Shown: positions 26,442-36,509, counted from the stretch's first letter. The stretch: DNA of 64,000 nt from an uncultured Acidobacteriota bacterium (GCA_963770895.1 CAVYRF010000002.1:96001-160000); one strand, 5' to 3'. Numbers and translations are program-made. Notes: generated by a model from the letters alone, not told the origin.

Positions 26442-28391
26442 ATGACCGACCAACGCGAGACCCTGGAGATCGACGTGCTGTTCGTGGGCGCCGGGCCGGC
26501 CAGCCTGGCCGGCGCCTACCACCTGGCGCAGCGGCTGCGAGCGCACAACGCGCAGGCGGCCAAGCCGGTGGAGCTCAGCATCGGCGTGCTCGAAAAGGGC
26601 AGCGAGATCGGCAGCCACGCCCTGTCCGGCGCGGTCGTCGACCCGCGCGCCTTCGCCGAGCTGTTCCCCGACGATTGGGCCAGCGCGCCCTTTGAAGCGC
26701 CGGTCGGCAAGGAGCAGGTACTGTTCATGACGCGCACCGGCGCGCATTCGATGCCCATCCCGCCGCCGCTCGACAACCACGGCTGCTACGTGGCTTCGCT
26801 CGGCAAGCTCCTCAAGTGGATGGCGCCGCGCGTCGAAGCGGCCGGCGTCGATATCTTCTGTGAGTTCCCGGCGGTCGCCGCGCTGATCGAAGACGGATGC
26901 GTCGTCGGCGTGCGCACCGGCGACCGCGGCGTCGGCCGGCACGGCGAAAAGAAAGCCAACTTCGAGCCCGGCATCGACATCCACACCCGCTGCGTGGTGC
27001 TGGGGGAGGGACCGCGCGGCACCCTCACCAAGCAGCTCGACACCGCGTTCGGCCTGTCGCGCGACAGCAACCCGCAGCTGTACGCCCTGGGCCTCAAGGA
27101 GGTGTGGGACCTGCCGCCCGGCCGCGTCACGCCAGGGGAAATCATCCACACCCTCAACTGGCCGTTGGGCTTCGACCACTTCGGCGGCGGCTTCCTCTAT
27201 GGCATGCAGAACGACCAGCTCATCGTCGGGCTGGTGGTCGGCCTCGATTACAAGAACCCGCTGTTCGATCCGCACCTGGAATTTCAGCGCTTCAAGACCC
27301 ATCCCGCCGTTGCCCGCCTGCTGGCGGGCGGCAAGATGTCGTTCTACGGCGCCAAGGCGATCCCCGAAGGCGGCTGGTGGTCGCTGCCGCGCCTGGGCGG
27401 CGAGGGCTTCCTGCTCATCGGCGACTCGGCCGGGTTCCTGGACAGCCAGCGCCTCAAGGGCATCCACCTGGGCATGAAGTCCGGCATGCTGGCCGCCGAC
27501 GCGATCTTCGAGCAGCTGGTCGCCGGCGGCGCCGGGCCAAGCCATGCCGCTGCAGCCGTGGCCGACGGCGCCGGGCCAAGCCATGCCGCCGCAGCCGCAG
27601 CCGCAGCCAACGCCGCCGTGCCAGGCCCTGCCGCTGCAGCCCTAGCCGGCGCCGCCGGGCCAAGCCCTGCCGCCGTGGCCGCAGCCGACGGCGCTGCCGC
27701 AGCGGCCGCAGGGCCGCTCGCGCCGCTCGCCGCCGCCTTCAAGGCGAAGGTCGATGCCAGCTGGATCCGCCAGCAGCTCTGGCCGGTGCGCAACTTCCAC
27801 CAGGCGTTCGATCACGGTTTTCTGGCGGCGATGTTCCAGGCCGGAGCCGGCCTGATCAGCGGCGGCCGCGGCTGGGGGTTCGCCAATCGCCTGCCGACCC
27901 ACGCCGGCCACGAGCGCATGGTGCCGCTGACGTCGCCCGCCGGCCGCCGCTTCGAGCCGCCGGAGCCGCTCCCCGCGCGCACCACCGCCGCGGGCGCCGC
28001 CGGCACCTCCAGCTCGTCAGCCGCCGCCGCCCCCGGCGCCGCAGCCGCCGACACCACCCAGCTGGTCTTCGACCGCCTGGCCGACGTGTACATGTCCGGC
28101 ACCGCCCACGACGAAGACCAACCGGTCCACCTGCACGTCGCGGACCCCAACATCTGCGTCACTCGCTGCACCACGGAATACCGCAATCCGTGCGAACGCT
28201 TCTGCCCCGCGGCCGTCTATGAGATCGTTCGCGACGCCGCCGGCCCCCGCCTGCAGATCAACGCCGCCAACTGCGTGCATTGCAAGACCTGCGACATCAT
28301 GGACCCCTACGGCATCATCACCTGGGTCCCCCCGAAGGCGGCGGCGGCCCCAATTACAGCAAGATGTAGCGGGGCACGGCTCGCCTCCTGA
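26442..28391 (+). CDS. Electron transfer flavoprotein-ubiquinone oxidoreductase (C-terminus apparently frameshifted; canonical end would be 28369)
   Basis: VGAGPAS, EKG..GSHALSGA, IGDSAGF..RLKGIH, 4Fe-4S motifs CERFCPAAVYE and NCVHCKTCDI. Confidence 0.95.
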   Translation: MTDQRETLEIDVLFVGAGPASLAGAYHLAQRLRAHNAQAAKPVELSIGVLEKGSEIGSHALSGAVVDPRAFAELFPDDWASAPFEAPVGKEQVLFMTRTGAHSMPIPPPLDNHGCYVASLGKLLKWMAPRVEAAGVDIFCEFPAVAALIEDGCVVGVRTGDRGVGRHGEKKANFEPGIDIHTRCVVLGEGPRGTLTKQLDTAFGLSRDSNPQLYALGLKEVWDLPPGRVTPGEIIHTLNWPLGFDHFGGGFLYGMQNDQLIVGLVVGLDYKNPLFDPHLEFQRFKTHPAVARLLAGGKMSFYGAKAIPEGGWWSLPRLGGEGFLLIGDSAGFLDSQRLKGIHLGMKSGMLAADAIFEQLVAGGAGPSHAAAAVADGAGPSHAAAAAAAANAAVPGPAAAALAGAAGPSPAAVAAADGAAAAAAGPLAPLAAAFKAKVDASWIRQQLWPVRNFHQAFDHGFLAAMFQAGAGLISGGRGWGFANRLPTHAGHERMVPLTSPAGRRFEPPEPLPARTTAAGAAGTSSSSAAAAPGAAAADTTQLVFDRLADVYMSGTAHDEDQPVHLHVADPNICVTRCTTEYRNPCERFCPAAVYEIVRDAAGPRLQINAANCVHCKTCDIMDPYGIITWVPPKAAAAPITARCSGARLAS

Positions 28392-28460
28392 CAGGACCGC
28401 CGCGCCTTCCGACCGGCGCGGCGCTCGTGGCAGGGGCCGCCAAGGGATTGTTGAGCTGAG

Positions 28461-29711
28461 CTAGTTCCGGCGCGACGAGCTGCCGGCCGGCTCGATCACG
28501 CAGTCGCCGCTGTGGGTCGAGATGTGGATGGCGGTGCGGCCATCGCCGCGGCGGGCGCCGACGATCTTGTCGCGGTGGCCGTTGTGCCGCAGCAGCGCGT
28601 CGGCGTAGGCGACGCGCAGGTCGCCGCTGCCCTGGTCGGCCGTGACGTCGAAGGACGCGGCAGGGCCGGCCGTGACCCGCACGTCGCCGCTGCCGGTCTT
28701 GGCCGTCAGCACGCGGGTGTGGCCGAGCGAGCTGACCACCACGACGTTGCCCGAGCCGGTGTCGGCCAGCAGCTCGTCCATTTCAACTCCCAGGACCCGC
28801 ACTTCGCCGCTGCCGGTGTCGGCCACCAGCTTGCCGGCGGCGCCGTCGTGGACGGTGACGTCGCCCGAGCCGGTGTGCAGCATCAGCCGCCCCACCTCCA
28901 CCTTGTCGATGCGCACGTCCCCCGAGCCGGTGTCGATGTTGGCGTTGCCCACCAGCTGGTGCACCACCACGTCGCCCGAACCGGTGTCGATCGAGGTTTC
29001 GCCGCGGCTCAGGCCCAGCTCCACGTCGCCGCTGCCGGTGCCCAGGCGCAGCTGGCCGGTGAACGCATCCAGGCGGATGTCGCCGTTGCCGGTATCGATC
29101 GTCAGGTCGCCCTGCAAGGCGTTGCCGTGCAGGTTGCCCACCAGGTTGCGCAGCGCCATGCCGGCCAGCGGCGGCACGGCGATGCGCAGGTCGGCGTACA
29201 ACGTCGGCGCCGAAGAGCGCCGGCCGGTGTAGACCCGCACCCGCTCACCGCGGTAGGTCGTCGAGCTGGAGCTGTTGTCGAACAGGCTCCAGAAGCTGGA
29301 TTCGGTCTTGTCGCGCGGCTGGGGATAGAAGAACGACCGGTAGCGCTCGACCGGATAGGCCAGCGCCCACTCGTCGCGCCCCTTGCCGTCCTGGGCGCGC
29401 ACCCACTGCATCCCCTGGACCATCCACTGCGTCTCGCTGGCCCCCGACGCCTCGCCGTGGACAGTGGCGTCGACGACCACCTGGTTGCCGGCGCCCGGCA
29501 CCAGCTCCACCTGCCCGGCCAGGTTGGCCAGCCGCAAGATGCCGCCAGGCGTCATCGGGAAGGTCTGGCGGAAGGTGCGAACCAGCGGTTCCGCCGCCAG
29601 CTGCCCGGCCACCAGGCACAGGCCAAGACCGACCAGCACCAGCGGCCGGCGCGCGGCGCGCATCCGGTCCGTTTGCCGTGCGATGGAAAGAAGCGATGTC
29701 GGTCGAGCCAT
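28461..29711 (-). CDS. Secreted DUF4097-family beta-strand repeat protein
   Basis: Signal peptide and repeated DTGSGDV units. Confidence 0.88.
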   Translation of the reverse strand: MARPTSLLSIARQTDRMRAARRPLVLVGLGLCLVAGQLAAEPLVRTFRQTFPMTPGGILRLANLAGQVELVPGAGNQVVVDATVHGEASGASETQWMVQGMQWVRAQDGKGRDEWALAYPVERYRSFFYPQPRDKTESSFWSLFDNSSSSTTYRGERVRVYTGRRSSAPTLYADLRIAVPPLAGMALRNLVGNLHGNALQGDLTIDTGNGDIRLDAFTGQLRLGTGSGDVELGLSRGETSIDTGSGDVVVHQLVGNANIDTGSGDVRIDKVEVGRLMLHTGSGDVTVHDGAAGKLVADTGSGEVRVLGVEMDELLADTGSGNVVVVSSLGHTRVLTAKTGSGDVRVTAGPAASFDVTADQGSGDLRVAYADALLRHNGHRDKIVGARRGDGRTAIHISTHSGDCVIEPAGSSSRRN

Positions 29712-29891
29712 GGTGGAATCCTCCGGTTGCCGTCCGCCCCCCACTACGGCGCCGCTTCGCAGAAGGTTGCAAACACCCCCGTCACGGCACACGGGCGGAG
29801 CGCCCTGGGAATCCGGCGAAACCGGGCAGGCCGCCGCCGCCCGGTACCGGGTACCCCGCCGCCCGGCACCCGGCGGTACCCCGCCGCCGAG

Positions 29892-31208
29892 CTAACTTGC
29901 GGCCGGCGCGCCACCGGCGGGCGCGGGCGAAGCGGGCGCGGCGGGGGCGCCAGGGGCGGCGCCGTGGCGCTTCATGATGAGGGCGCCGTTGGTGCCGCCG
30001 AAGCCGAACGAATTGGTCAGAGCGTAGCCGAGATCGGCCGGCCGCGCCGTGTGCGGCACGAAGTCCAGGTCGCACCCTTCCCCCGGCTGCTCCAGGTTGA
30101 TCGTCGGCGGCAGGATCTGGTGGCGCACGGCGAGCGCCAGGATGCCGCATTCGAGGCCGCCCGCGGCGCCCAGCAGGTGACCGGTGGCAGACTTGGTGGA
30201 CGAAACCGCCAGCTGCCGCGCATGGTCGCCGAAGACACGGTGGATGGCCTTCACCTCCGACAGGTCGCCCAGCTGCGTCGAGGTGCCGTGGGCATTGATG
30301 TAGCCGATCGCCTGCGGCGCCAGCTCCGCGTCGTCGAGCGCCGCCTGCATGCAGCGCACCGCGCCGCGCCCTTCGGGGTCGGGCGCCGCCATGTGGTAGG
30401 CGTCGGCGCTCATGCCGTAGCCGACGATCTCGGCATAGATGGGCGCGCCGCGCCGTTCGGCCGCGCCCATCTCTTCGAGGACCACGATGCCGGCCCCCTC
30501 GCCGATGACGAAGCCGTCGCGCCCGGCGTCCCAGGGGCGCGACGCGCGCTGCGGATCGTCGTTGCGGTGGGAAAGGGCGCGCATGGCGCAGAATCCGGCG
30601 ATGGCGAGCGGCGTGATGACCGATTCGGTGCCGCCGGCGAGCATGGCGTCGGCGTGGCCGTGCTGGATCAGCCGGAAGGCATCGCCCACGGCGTGCAGGC
30701 CGGTGGTGCAGGCGGTGGCGGGCGAGGTGTTGGGACCGCGCGCGCCGTAGTGGATGGACACCAGGCCGGCCGCCATGTTGACGATCAGGCCGGGGATGAA
30801 GAACGGCGATACCCGGCCCGGCCCCTTTTCCAGCAGCACGCTGTGGGTCGCTTCGATCAGCGGCAGGCCGCCGATACCCGACCCGATCACGACGCCGACC
30901 CGATCGCCGTTGCCCTGGTCGATGACCAGCCCCGAGTCGGCCAGCGCAAAGCCAGCCGCCGCCAGCGCGTAATGGATGAAGGTGTCGCTCTTCTTGACGT
31001 CCTTCTTGTCCACGTAGTCCAGGGGGTTGAAGCCCTTGACCTCGCCGGCGATGCGCGACGGGTAGTCGGTGGTGTCGAAACGCGTCACCGGACCGATGCC
31101 GCTGTGACCGGCGAGCAAGCCCTGCCAGGTCGGCTGCGTCCCCACGGCAAGGGGGGACACCAGGCCGACCCCGGTGACGACGACACGGCGGCGCGTGGCG
31201 GAGCTCAA
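29892..31208 (-). CDS. fabF: 3-oxoacyl-ACP synthase II
   Basis: RRVVVTG, TACTTG, INAHGTST, STKSATGHLLGAAG, NSFGFGGTN. Confidence 0.97.
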   Translation of the reverse strand: MSSATRRRVVVTGVGLVSPLAVGTQPTWQGLLAGHSGIGPVTRFDTTDYPSRIAGEVKGFNPLDYVDKKDVKKSDTFIHYALAAAGFALADSGLVIDQGNGDRVGVVIGSGIGGLPLIEATHSVLLEKGPGRVSPFFIPGLIVNMAAGLVSIHYGARGPNTSPATACTTGLHAVGDAFRLIQHGHADAMLAGGTESVITPLAIAGFCAMRALSHRNDDPQRASRPWDAGRDGFVIGEGAGIVVLEEMGAAERRGAPIYAEIVGYGMSADAYHMAAPDPEGRGAVRCMQAALDDAELAPQAIGYINAHGTSTQLGDLSEVKAIHRVFGDHARQLAVSSTKSATGHLLGAAGGLECGILALAVRHQILPPTINLEQPGEGCDLDFVPHTARPADLGYALTNSFGFGGTNGALIMKRHGAAPGAPAAPASPAPAGGAPAAS

Positions 31209-31257
31209 GATCTCTCGATGGGTGTTGACGCTGGCGCTGGAAGGATGATCTGCAGGA

Positions 31258-31500
31258 TCAGTTCTGATCCCCGGCGTTCTGCTCGATGTAGTCCACCGCC
31301 TCTTTGACGTTGCCGATCTTTTCCGCTTCTTCGTCCGGGATCTCGATCCCGAACTCTTCTTCGAAAGCCATCACCAGCTCGACGATGTCGAGGGAGTCGG
31401 CACCAAGGTCGTCGGTGAAGCTCGCTTCCATGGTCACCTCGTCCTCATCCACCCCGAGCTGCTCGACGATGATGCTCTTGACCCTATCCGCTACAGCCAT
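31258..31500 (-). CDS. acpP: Acyl carrier protein
   Basis: [22 protein letters not shown] aggagg. Confidence 0.98.
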   Translation of the reverse strand: MAVADRVKSIIVEQLGVDEDEVTMEASFTDDLGADSLDIVELVMAFEEEFGIEIPDEEAEKIGNVKEAVDYIEQNAGDQN

Positions 31501-31634
31501 CGGTTGCCCTCCTTGAAATGTCCCGCGTCGCGGCACACAGAGCGCGGTTCTAACATAAAGCCCCCCCGCTGGTCCATGGCGCGCAGGGCGCGAGCGGTGT
31601 GACAGAGCCGCCGCGCTTCAGGCTCCGCAGGCGC

Positions 31635-32378
31635 TCAGATGTAGAGACCTCCTGACACGTTGAGCGCCTGGCCGGTCACGTAGCCGGCCTGGTCGCTCGC
31701 CAGATACAGCACGGCGGCCGCCACGTCGGCGACCTGCCCCAGACGTCCCAGCGCGATGCCCCCGGTCAGCTCGGCGCGCGCCGCTTCGGGCAGCGCCGCG
31801 GTCATCGCCGTTTCAATGTAGCCGGGAGCGACCACGTTGACGGTGATGTTGCGGCTGCCCAGCTCGCGGGCGAGCGACTTGCTGAAACCGATCAGCCCCG
31901 CCTTGGCGGCTGCGTAGTTGGCCTGGCCGGCGTTGCCCATCAACCCCACCACCGAGGAGACGCTGATGATCCGCCCCCATCGGCGCCGGATCATACCGCG
32001 CGCCAGCTCGCGCGACAGCGCGAAGGCGCCGGTCAGGTTGGTGCGCAGCACCCGCTCCCAATCCTCCAGCGACATACGCAACAGCAGGCTGTCGGCAGTG
32101 ATTCCAGCGTTGTTGATCAGGATGTCGATCGCCGCAAAGCCTTCGGGCAGCTCCTTCAAGCGCCCCGCCACGGCGGCAGGCTCCGCCACGTCGAGCGCCA
32201 GCGGATGGGCCTGCCCCCCCGCGGCCGCGATCTCGCCGGCCAGCGCCGCCAGCTTGTCGGCAGAGCGCGCGGCGACGACCACGCGGGCGCCCTGCGCGGC
32301 GAGCAGCCGCGCGATCGCTTCGCCGATACCCTGCGAGGCGCCGGTGACCAGCGCCGTCCTGCCGTCCAGCCGGAACAT
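31635..32378 (-). CDS. fabG: 3-oxoacyl-ACP reductase
   Basis: TGASQGIG, NNAGIT, YAAAK, NVVAPGYI. Confidence 0.97.
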   Translation of the reverse strand: MFRLDGRTALVTGASQGIGEAIARLLAAQGARVVVAARSADKLAALAGEIAAAGGQAHPLALDVAEPAAVAGRLKELPEGFAAIDILINNAGITADSLLLRMSLEDWERVLRTNLTGAFALSRELARGMIRRRWGRIISVSSVVGLMGNAGQANYAAAKAGLIGFSKSLARELGSRNITVNVVAPGYIETAMTAALPEAARAELTGGIALGRLGQVADVAAAVLYLASDQAGYVTGQALNVSGGLYI

Positions 32379-33475
32379 CAGGCCTCCTTCTCTTCTGCCG
32401 CCGCCGGCGCCGCCGCTGGTGGCGCCGCCCAACCGTCCAGGAGCTTGTGCAGCAGCTCGGGCTCGGACAGCGACGCCGCCTGCACGCCGGTGACGATGCG
32501 GCGGTTGAGGCCCGACAGCACACCGCCGGCGCCGATTTCGAGCAGCGCCGTGGCACCGGCCGTGCCGGCCATCCACTCTACGGTTTCGACCCAGCGCACC
32601 GGGTTGTCGATCTGGCGCACCAGCGCGTCGCGCGCGGCATCGCCCGAGGTCACCGGCGCGGCGTCGACGTTGGTCACCACCGGCACCACCGGGTCGTGGA
32701 AAGGGGTCGCCGCCAGCAGCTCCGCCATCGCCAGCCGCGCCGGGCGCATCAGCGGCGAATGGAAGGGCGCCGACACCGGCAGCAGCGTCGCCTTGCGCAC
32801 GCCGCGCTCCTTGGACAGCGCCACGGCGCACTCGATCGCCCGGCGATGGCCGGCCAGCACCGTCTGGCCGGGGCCGTTGAAGTTGGCCACGGCGCACACC
32901 TCGCCGGGCGTCGCGGCCTGGGCGTCGCGGGCGATGGCGGCCACCACCTCGGCGTCCAGGCCCAGCAGCGCCGCCATGGCGCCCTCCCCCACCGGCACCG
33001 CCTGCTGCATCAGCTCGCCGCGGCGCCGCACCAGGCGCAGAGCGTCGGCGAAGTCCAGCGCCCCGGCGGCGACCAGCGCCGAATACTCGCCCAGGCTATG
33101 GCCGGCGACCGCGACCGGCGCCGGCAGCGGCGGCCAGTCGCCGGAAAAACCCGCCGGCGGTTCGGCAGCGGTCAGCGCGCGGTAGATCGCGATCGACACC
33201 GCCAGCAGCGCCGGCTGGGTGTTGGTGGTCAGGTTGAGATCTTCGGCAGGCCCCTCGAAACAGAGCCGGCTGAGCGGCACGACCTCGCCAGGGCCGGGAG
33301 CGCTGGCGGGGGGAGCCCCTGCGTCCAGAGGCGCGGCGGCGCTCGCGGTGGCGGCGACCACCGCGTCGGCGGCGGCAAAGGTGTCGCGGGCGGCGGCCGC
33401 GGCCTCCGCCCATGCCTTGCCCATGCCCGGCTTTTGCGACCCCTGACCGGGGAAGACAAAGGCAACGCGGCGCAT
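32378..33475 (-). CDS. fabD: Malonyl-CoA:ACP transacylase
   Basis: FPGQGSQ, TQPAL, GHSLGEY, SAPFHS. Confidence 0.97.
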   Translation of the reverse strand: MRRVAFVFPGQGSQKPGMGKAWAEAAAAARDTFAAADAVVAATASAAAPLDAGAPPASAPGPGEVVPLSRLCFEGPAEDLNLTTNTQPALLAVSIAIYRALTAAEPPAGFSGDWPPLPAPVAVAGHSLGEYSALVAAGALDFADALRLVRRRGELMQQAVPVGEGAMAALLGLDAEVVAAIARDAQAATPGEVCAVANFNGPGQTVLAGHRRAIECAVALSKERGVRKATLLPVSAPFHSPLMRPARLAMAELLAATPFHDPVVPVVTNVDAAPVTSGDAARDALVRQIDNPVRWVETVEWMAGTAGATALLEIGAGGVLSGLNRRIVTGVQAASLSEPELLHKLLDGWAAPPAAAPAAAEEKEA

Positions 33476-34518
33476 CAGTGCCCCGCCTCGCGCTGGCCCG
33501 GCCGGTCCGCGGAGTGGGCGTGCAGCTCCGCCAGCTTGTCGCCGATCTTCCTGTCCAGCTGCGCGTTGGCAAACTCCACGGCGCGCCGGATGGCGCTCTG
33601 GATGGCGCGTGCGTTGGAGCGGCCGTGGCCGATGAAACAGCCGCCGGCGATCCCCAGAAGCGGCGCCGCGCCGTATTCCGTGTAGTCGACGCGCTGGCGG
33701 AAGCGGTCGAAGGCCGGGCGGCACAGCAGGTATCCCAGGCGGCTGCGCAGGCTGCGCGACAGCTCCTCGCGCAGCATGCGCGACATCAGCTCGGCCAGCG
33801 ATTCGGCGCTCTTCAGCACGACGTTGCCGACGAACCCGTCGCAGACGATGACGTCCACCGAGCCGTTGAACACGTCGCGCCCCTCGACGTTGCCGACGAA
33901 GTTGAGGCCGGTCGCCTTGAGCGCGCGAAACACCTCGCGGGTGAGGTCGGTACCCTTGCCTTCCTCCTCGCCGATCGACATCAGGCCGATGCGCGGCGTG
34001 GCGGCGCCCAGCACCTCCTGGGCGTAGCAGTGGCCCATCACCGCGAACTCCAGCAGGTGCTCGGGCTTGCTGTCGACGTTGGCACCCACGTCCAGCACCA
34101 CCGACCGGCCGTTGGCATGCGGGAACACGGCGGCCAGCGCCGGCCGGTCCACGCCGGGAGCCGTGCCGATGACCATCTTGGCGGCGATCATCGCCGCACC
34201 GGTGTTGCCGGCGGTGACCATCGCCTGGGCGCGGCCGTCCTTGACCGCCTCGGCGCAGATGCGGATCGAGGAGCGGCGCTTCTTGCGGATCGGCGTGATG
34301 GCCGGCTCGTCCATCCCCACCACCTCTTCGGCATGCAGGATGCCCAAGCGGTCGCCCAGCCCGGCTGCCTCGGGCAGGCGCGCCAGCTCCGCTTCGATCC
34401 GCTGCCGGTCGCCGACCAGCAGGACGGGGGCGCCGTCGTCCACCACCGCGCGCACGGCCCCTTCGACCGCGCACTGCGGCGCGTGATCGCCCCCCATGGC
34501 GTCTACGGCAATCGGCAT
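33475..34518 (-). CDS. plsX: Phosphate acyltransferase
   Basis: IAVDAMGGDHAP, AGNTGA, LDVGAN, DGFVGNVVLK, IGHGRS. Confidence 0.97.
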   Translation of the reverse strand: MPIAVDAMGGDHAPQCAVEGAVRAVVDDGAPVLLVGDRQRIEAELARLPEAAGLGDRLGILHAEEVVGMDEPAITPIRKKRRSSIRICAEAVKDGRAQAMVTAGNTGAAMIAAKMVIGTAPGVDRPALAAVFPHANGRSVVLDVGANVDSKPEHLLEFAVMGHCYAQEVLGAATPRIGLMSIGEEEGKGTDLTREVFRALKATGLNFVGNVEGRDVFNGSVDVIVCDGFVGNVVLKSAESLAELMSRMLREELSRSLRSRLGYLLCRPAFDRFRQRVDYTEYGAAPLLGIAGGCFIGHGRSNARAIQSAIRRAVEFANAQLDRKIGDKLAELHAHSADRPGQREAGH

Positions 34519-34718
34519 GCATCTCCTCGCGAACCTGCAAGCCCGGGCGCGGCGGCGGCGCTCAAGCGCCGGGACGCACCCGCGTCACGGCGGCGCCGCC
34601 CGGCGATCGGCCGGCACGACGCCTCGGACGCGGCGCCGCGATGGCCAGCGGCCGGAAGCGGGCGAACCATCCCCCTGCGGCTCGGTTCGGCGGCCCCAGC
34701 GCGGGCCGCCGTTGCCTT

Positions 34719-34904
34719 CTAGGTAGCCTCTTTGCCTTCGATCACCGGCCGGCCGTTGTAATAGCCGCAGTGAGCGCAGGCGCGATGCGGCAGCTTGACT
34801 TCGCCGCAGTTCGAGCAGGTGGACGTGGCGGGACGGTCCAGCGCGTCATGAGCCCGGCGGCGGTCGCGCCGGGCTGAGGAATGTCGTCGTTTTGGATTCG
34901 GCAT
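34719..34904 (-). CDS. rpmF: 50S ribosomal protein L32 (zinc-ribbon type)
   Basis: MPNPKRRHS...CSNCG...PHRACAHCGYY. Confidence 0.97.
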   Translation of the reverse strand: MPNPKRRHSSARRDRRRAHDALDRPATSTCSNCGEVKLPHRACAHCGYYNGRPVIEGKEAT

Positions 34905-34944
34905 CGAAGTCTAGCCTCGCTAAGTCGATCGCATGGATCGGTGT

Positions 34945-35583
34945 TCAGTGTGGCGCACCGCGTCGTTTGCCGGGGTTAGCGGGCTTCGCGGCGTTTTCGG
35001 AGTTTCCGGGTTCCCCGGAGCTGCCCAGGCTGCCTTTGAGGGAGGCCAGAGCCGCCCATCGCGGATCGGGCTCCGGTCCGCCGCAGGAGCACGTCCCGGC
35101 GGCCAGATCGGCACCGCACCGCGGGCACAGCCCAGGACAATCAGGCCGGCACAGCGGCTTCATCGGGATGTTCAGCTGCAACTGCTCAAGGATCAAGTCG
35201 CGGGTGTCGAGCTCGTCGCCCGGCACCACCATGACGCTCAAATCGCTGTCCAGCAGCTCGCGCTCGCCCGCGTCCAGCCCCTGCTCGCGCTCCGCCTGCC
35301 GGTGGTGGCCGTGGCCGCCATGCTCCTCCACCACAATCATCAGCTCCACCTGGGCGCCGGCAGCCGCCACGTGCGGCTTGAGACACCGGGTGCAGGCGAG
35401 CGTCAGATCATACGAGAGCTGCCCGCGCAGCAGGTACCCCGGATCGGCGTACACCACCTGGCCGCGCCAATGGACCGGCCCGAGTGCCAAAACTTCAGGC
35501 CTGTCCAGCGCTTCGGTCGGGATGCTCTCGGTTTCGTCCCAGCTGCAAGGCTCTTCGCGTACCTGGTCCAGCCAAATCTTCAT
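34945..35583 (-). CDS. yceD: DUF177 / YceD-family protein
   Basis: CTRCL, PMKPLCRPDCPGLCPRCG, DPRWAAL. Upstream of rpmF. Confidence 0.92.
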   Translation of the reverse strand: MKIWLDQVREEPCSWDETESIPTEALDRPEVLALGPVHWRGQVVYADPGYLLRGQLSYDLTLACTRCLKPHVAAAGAQVELMIVVEEHGGHGHHRQAEREQGLDAGERELLDSDLSVMVVPGDELDTRDLILEQLQLNIPMKPLCRPDCPGLCPRCGADLAAGTCSCGGPEPDPRWAALASLKGSLGSSGEPGNSENAAKPANPGKRRGAPH

Positions 35584-36001
35584 CCAACAACCCCCAGCCG
35601 GGCAAACGCTGAGGCTAAGCCATTCCTTCCCGGCTTGTCAACGCCGGCCGCGGCGGGTCGTCGGGTCCCCCCCATACCGCCCGCCGGTTTGCAGCATGGC
35701 AGGCGCGGCGGCCACGCTGCCGTAAACCCGCGGTGCCGCACCACCGTACACGATCGGGCCGCGGAGGAGCGGCAAGGTGGAGAGCTGGAGGGGTAGAGAG
35801 GTGGAAAACCTGGTGAAATCGGTTGCACCATCGTTGCGGCGTGGCCCGGGCCGGGTTCGCTCCCAGGCGCTGATCCTGTCGCGGGGATTTCGGACGGTCC
35901 CCAGGCGAGCTCTGGCGCGGGCTCGGGTCCTGTCTCTGGGCGTGATCCTGGCCACGACGCTGCCCTGGGCTCCAGGTGACGCTGCTGCGGCGGCTGGTGC
36001 G

Positions 36002-36079
36002 GGCGGCGACCACCTGCACCCCGGCGACGACGGCTACAAGCTCCTCGCCGGCGCCATCGACCTGGCGCTCTTCAAGTAG
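36002..36079 (+). pseudogene. Orphan 3' fragment of an SGNH/GDSL hydrolase gene
   Basis: GDHLHPGDDGYKLLAGAIDLALFK* is SGNH block V (DxxH) plus the terminal helix, with no matching N-terminal part upstream. Confidence 0.7.
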
Positions 36080-36200
36080 CGGGCCGCCCGCCCCGGCAAG
36101 GGGTGCGGCGGCGCGGACATCCTGGGCGCGAAGGTCACGGCGCCCCGAGCCGTCGCACCCTTACCTACAGGAGCTGTACCGCAAACAAAGGAGAGCCCAA

Positions 36201-36482
36201 GTGAGATCGAACGACAGCAGCATTCTGCGCTCGCCCCTGCTCAAGGCGCTCGGCCTGGTGGCCGCGCTGGCGCTGGTATGGAGCGCCGGGGTCGTACCGG
36301 CCCACGCCTTCACCATCTGCGAATGGGACAACGACATCATCTTCACCTATTACTCGGACGCCTCCCACACCACGGTCGTCGGCAGCTGCAGCGAGGGCTC
36401 CTGCCCGCCAGTCGGCTGCTCGGGCACCAAAACGCAGTACTACGTCACCCACACGGGTCTCCTCTGCGAGGTCTGCCACTAG
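36201..36482 (+). CDS. Small secreted Cys-rich protein, DUF6289-like (93 aa)
   Basis: SD aaggag, GTG start, signal peptide ending AHA. YYSDASHTTVVGSC...CSGTKTQY motif. Confidence 0.85.
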   Translation: MRSNDSSILRSPLLKALGLVAALALVWSAGVVPAHAFTICEWDNDIIFTYYSDASHTTVVGSCSEGSCPPVGCSGTKTQYYVTHTGLLCEVCH

Positions 36483-36509
36483 CTACACGCCACCAGCCCT
36501 CCGGCGGTC

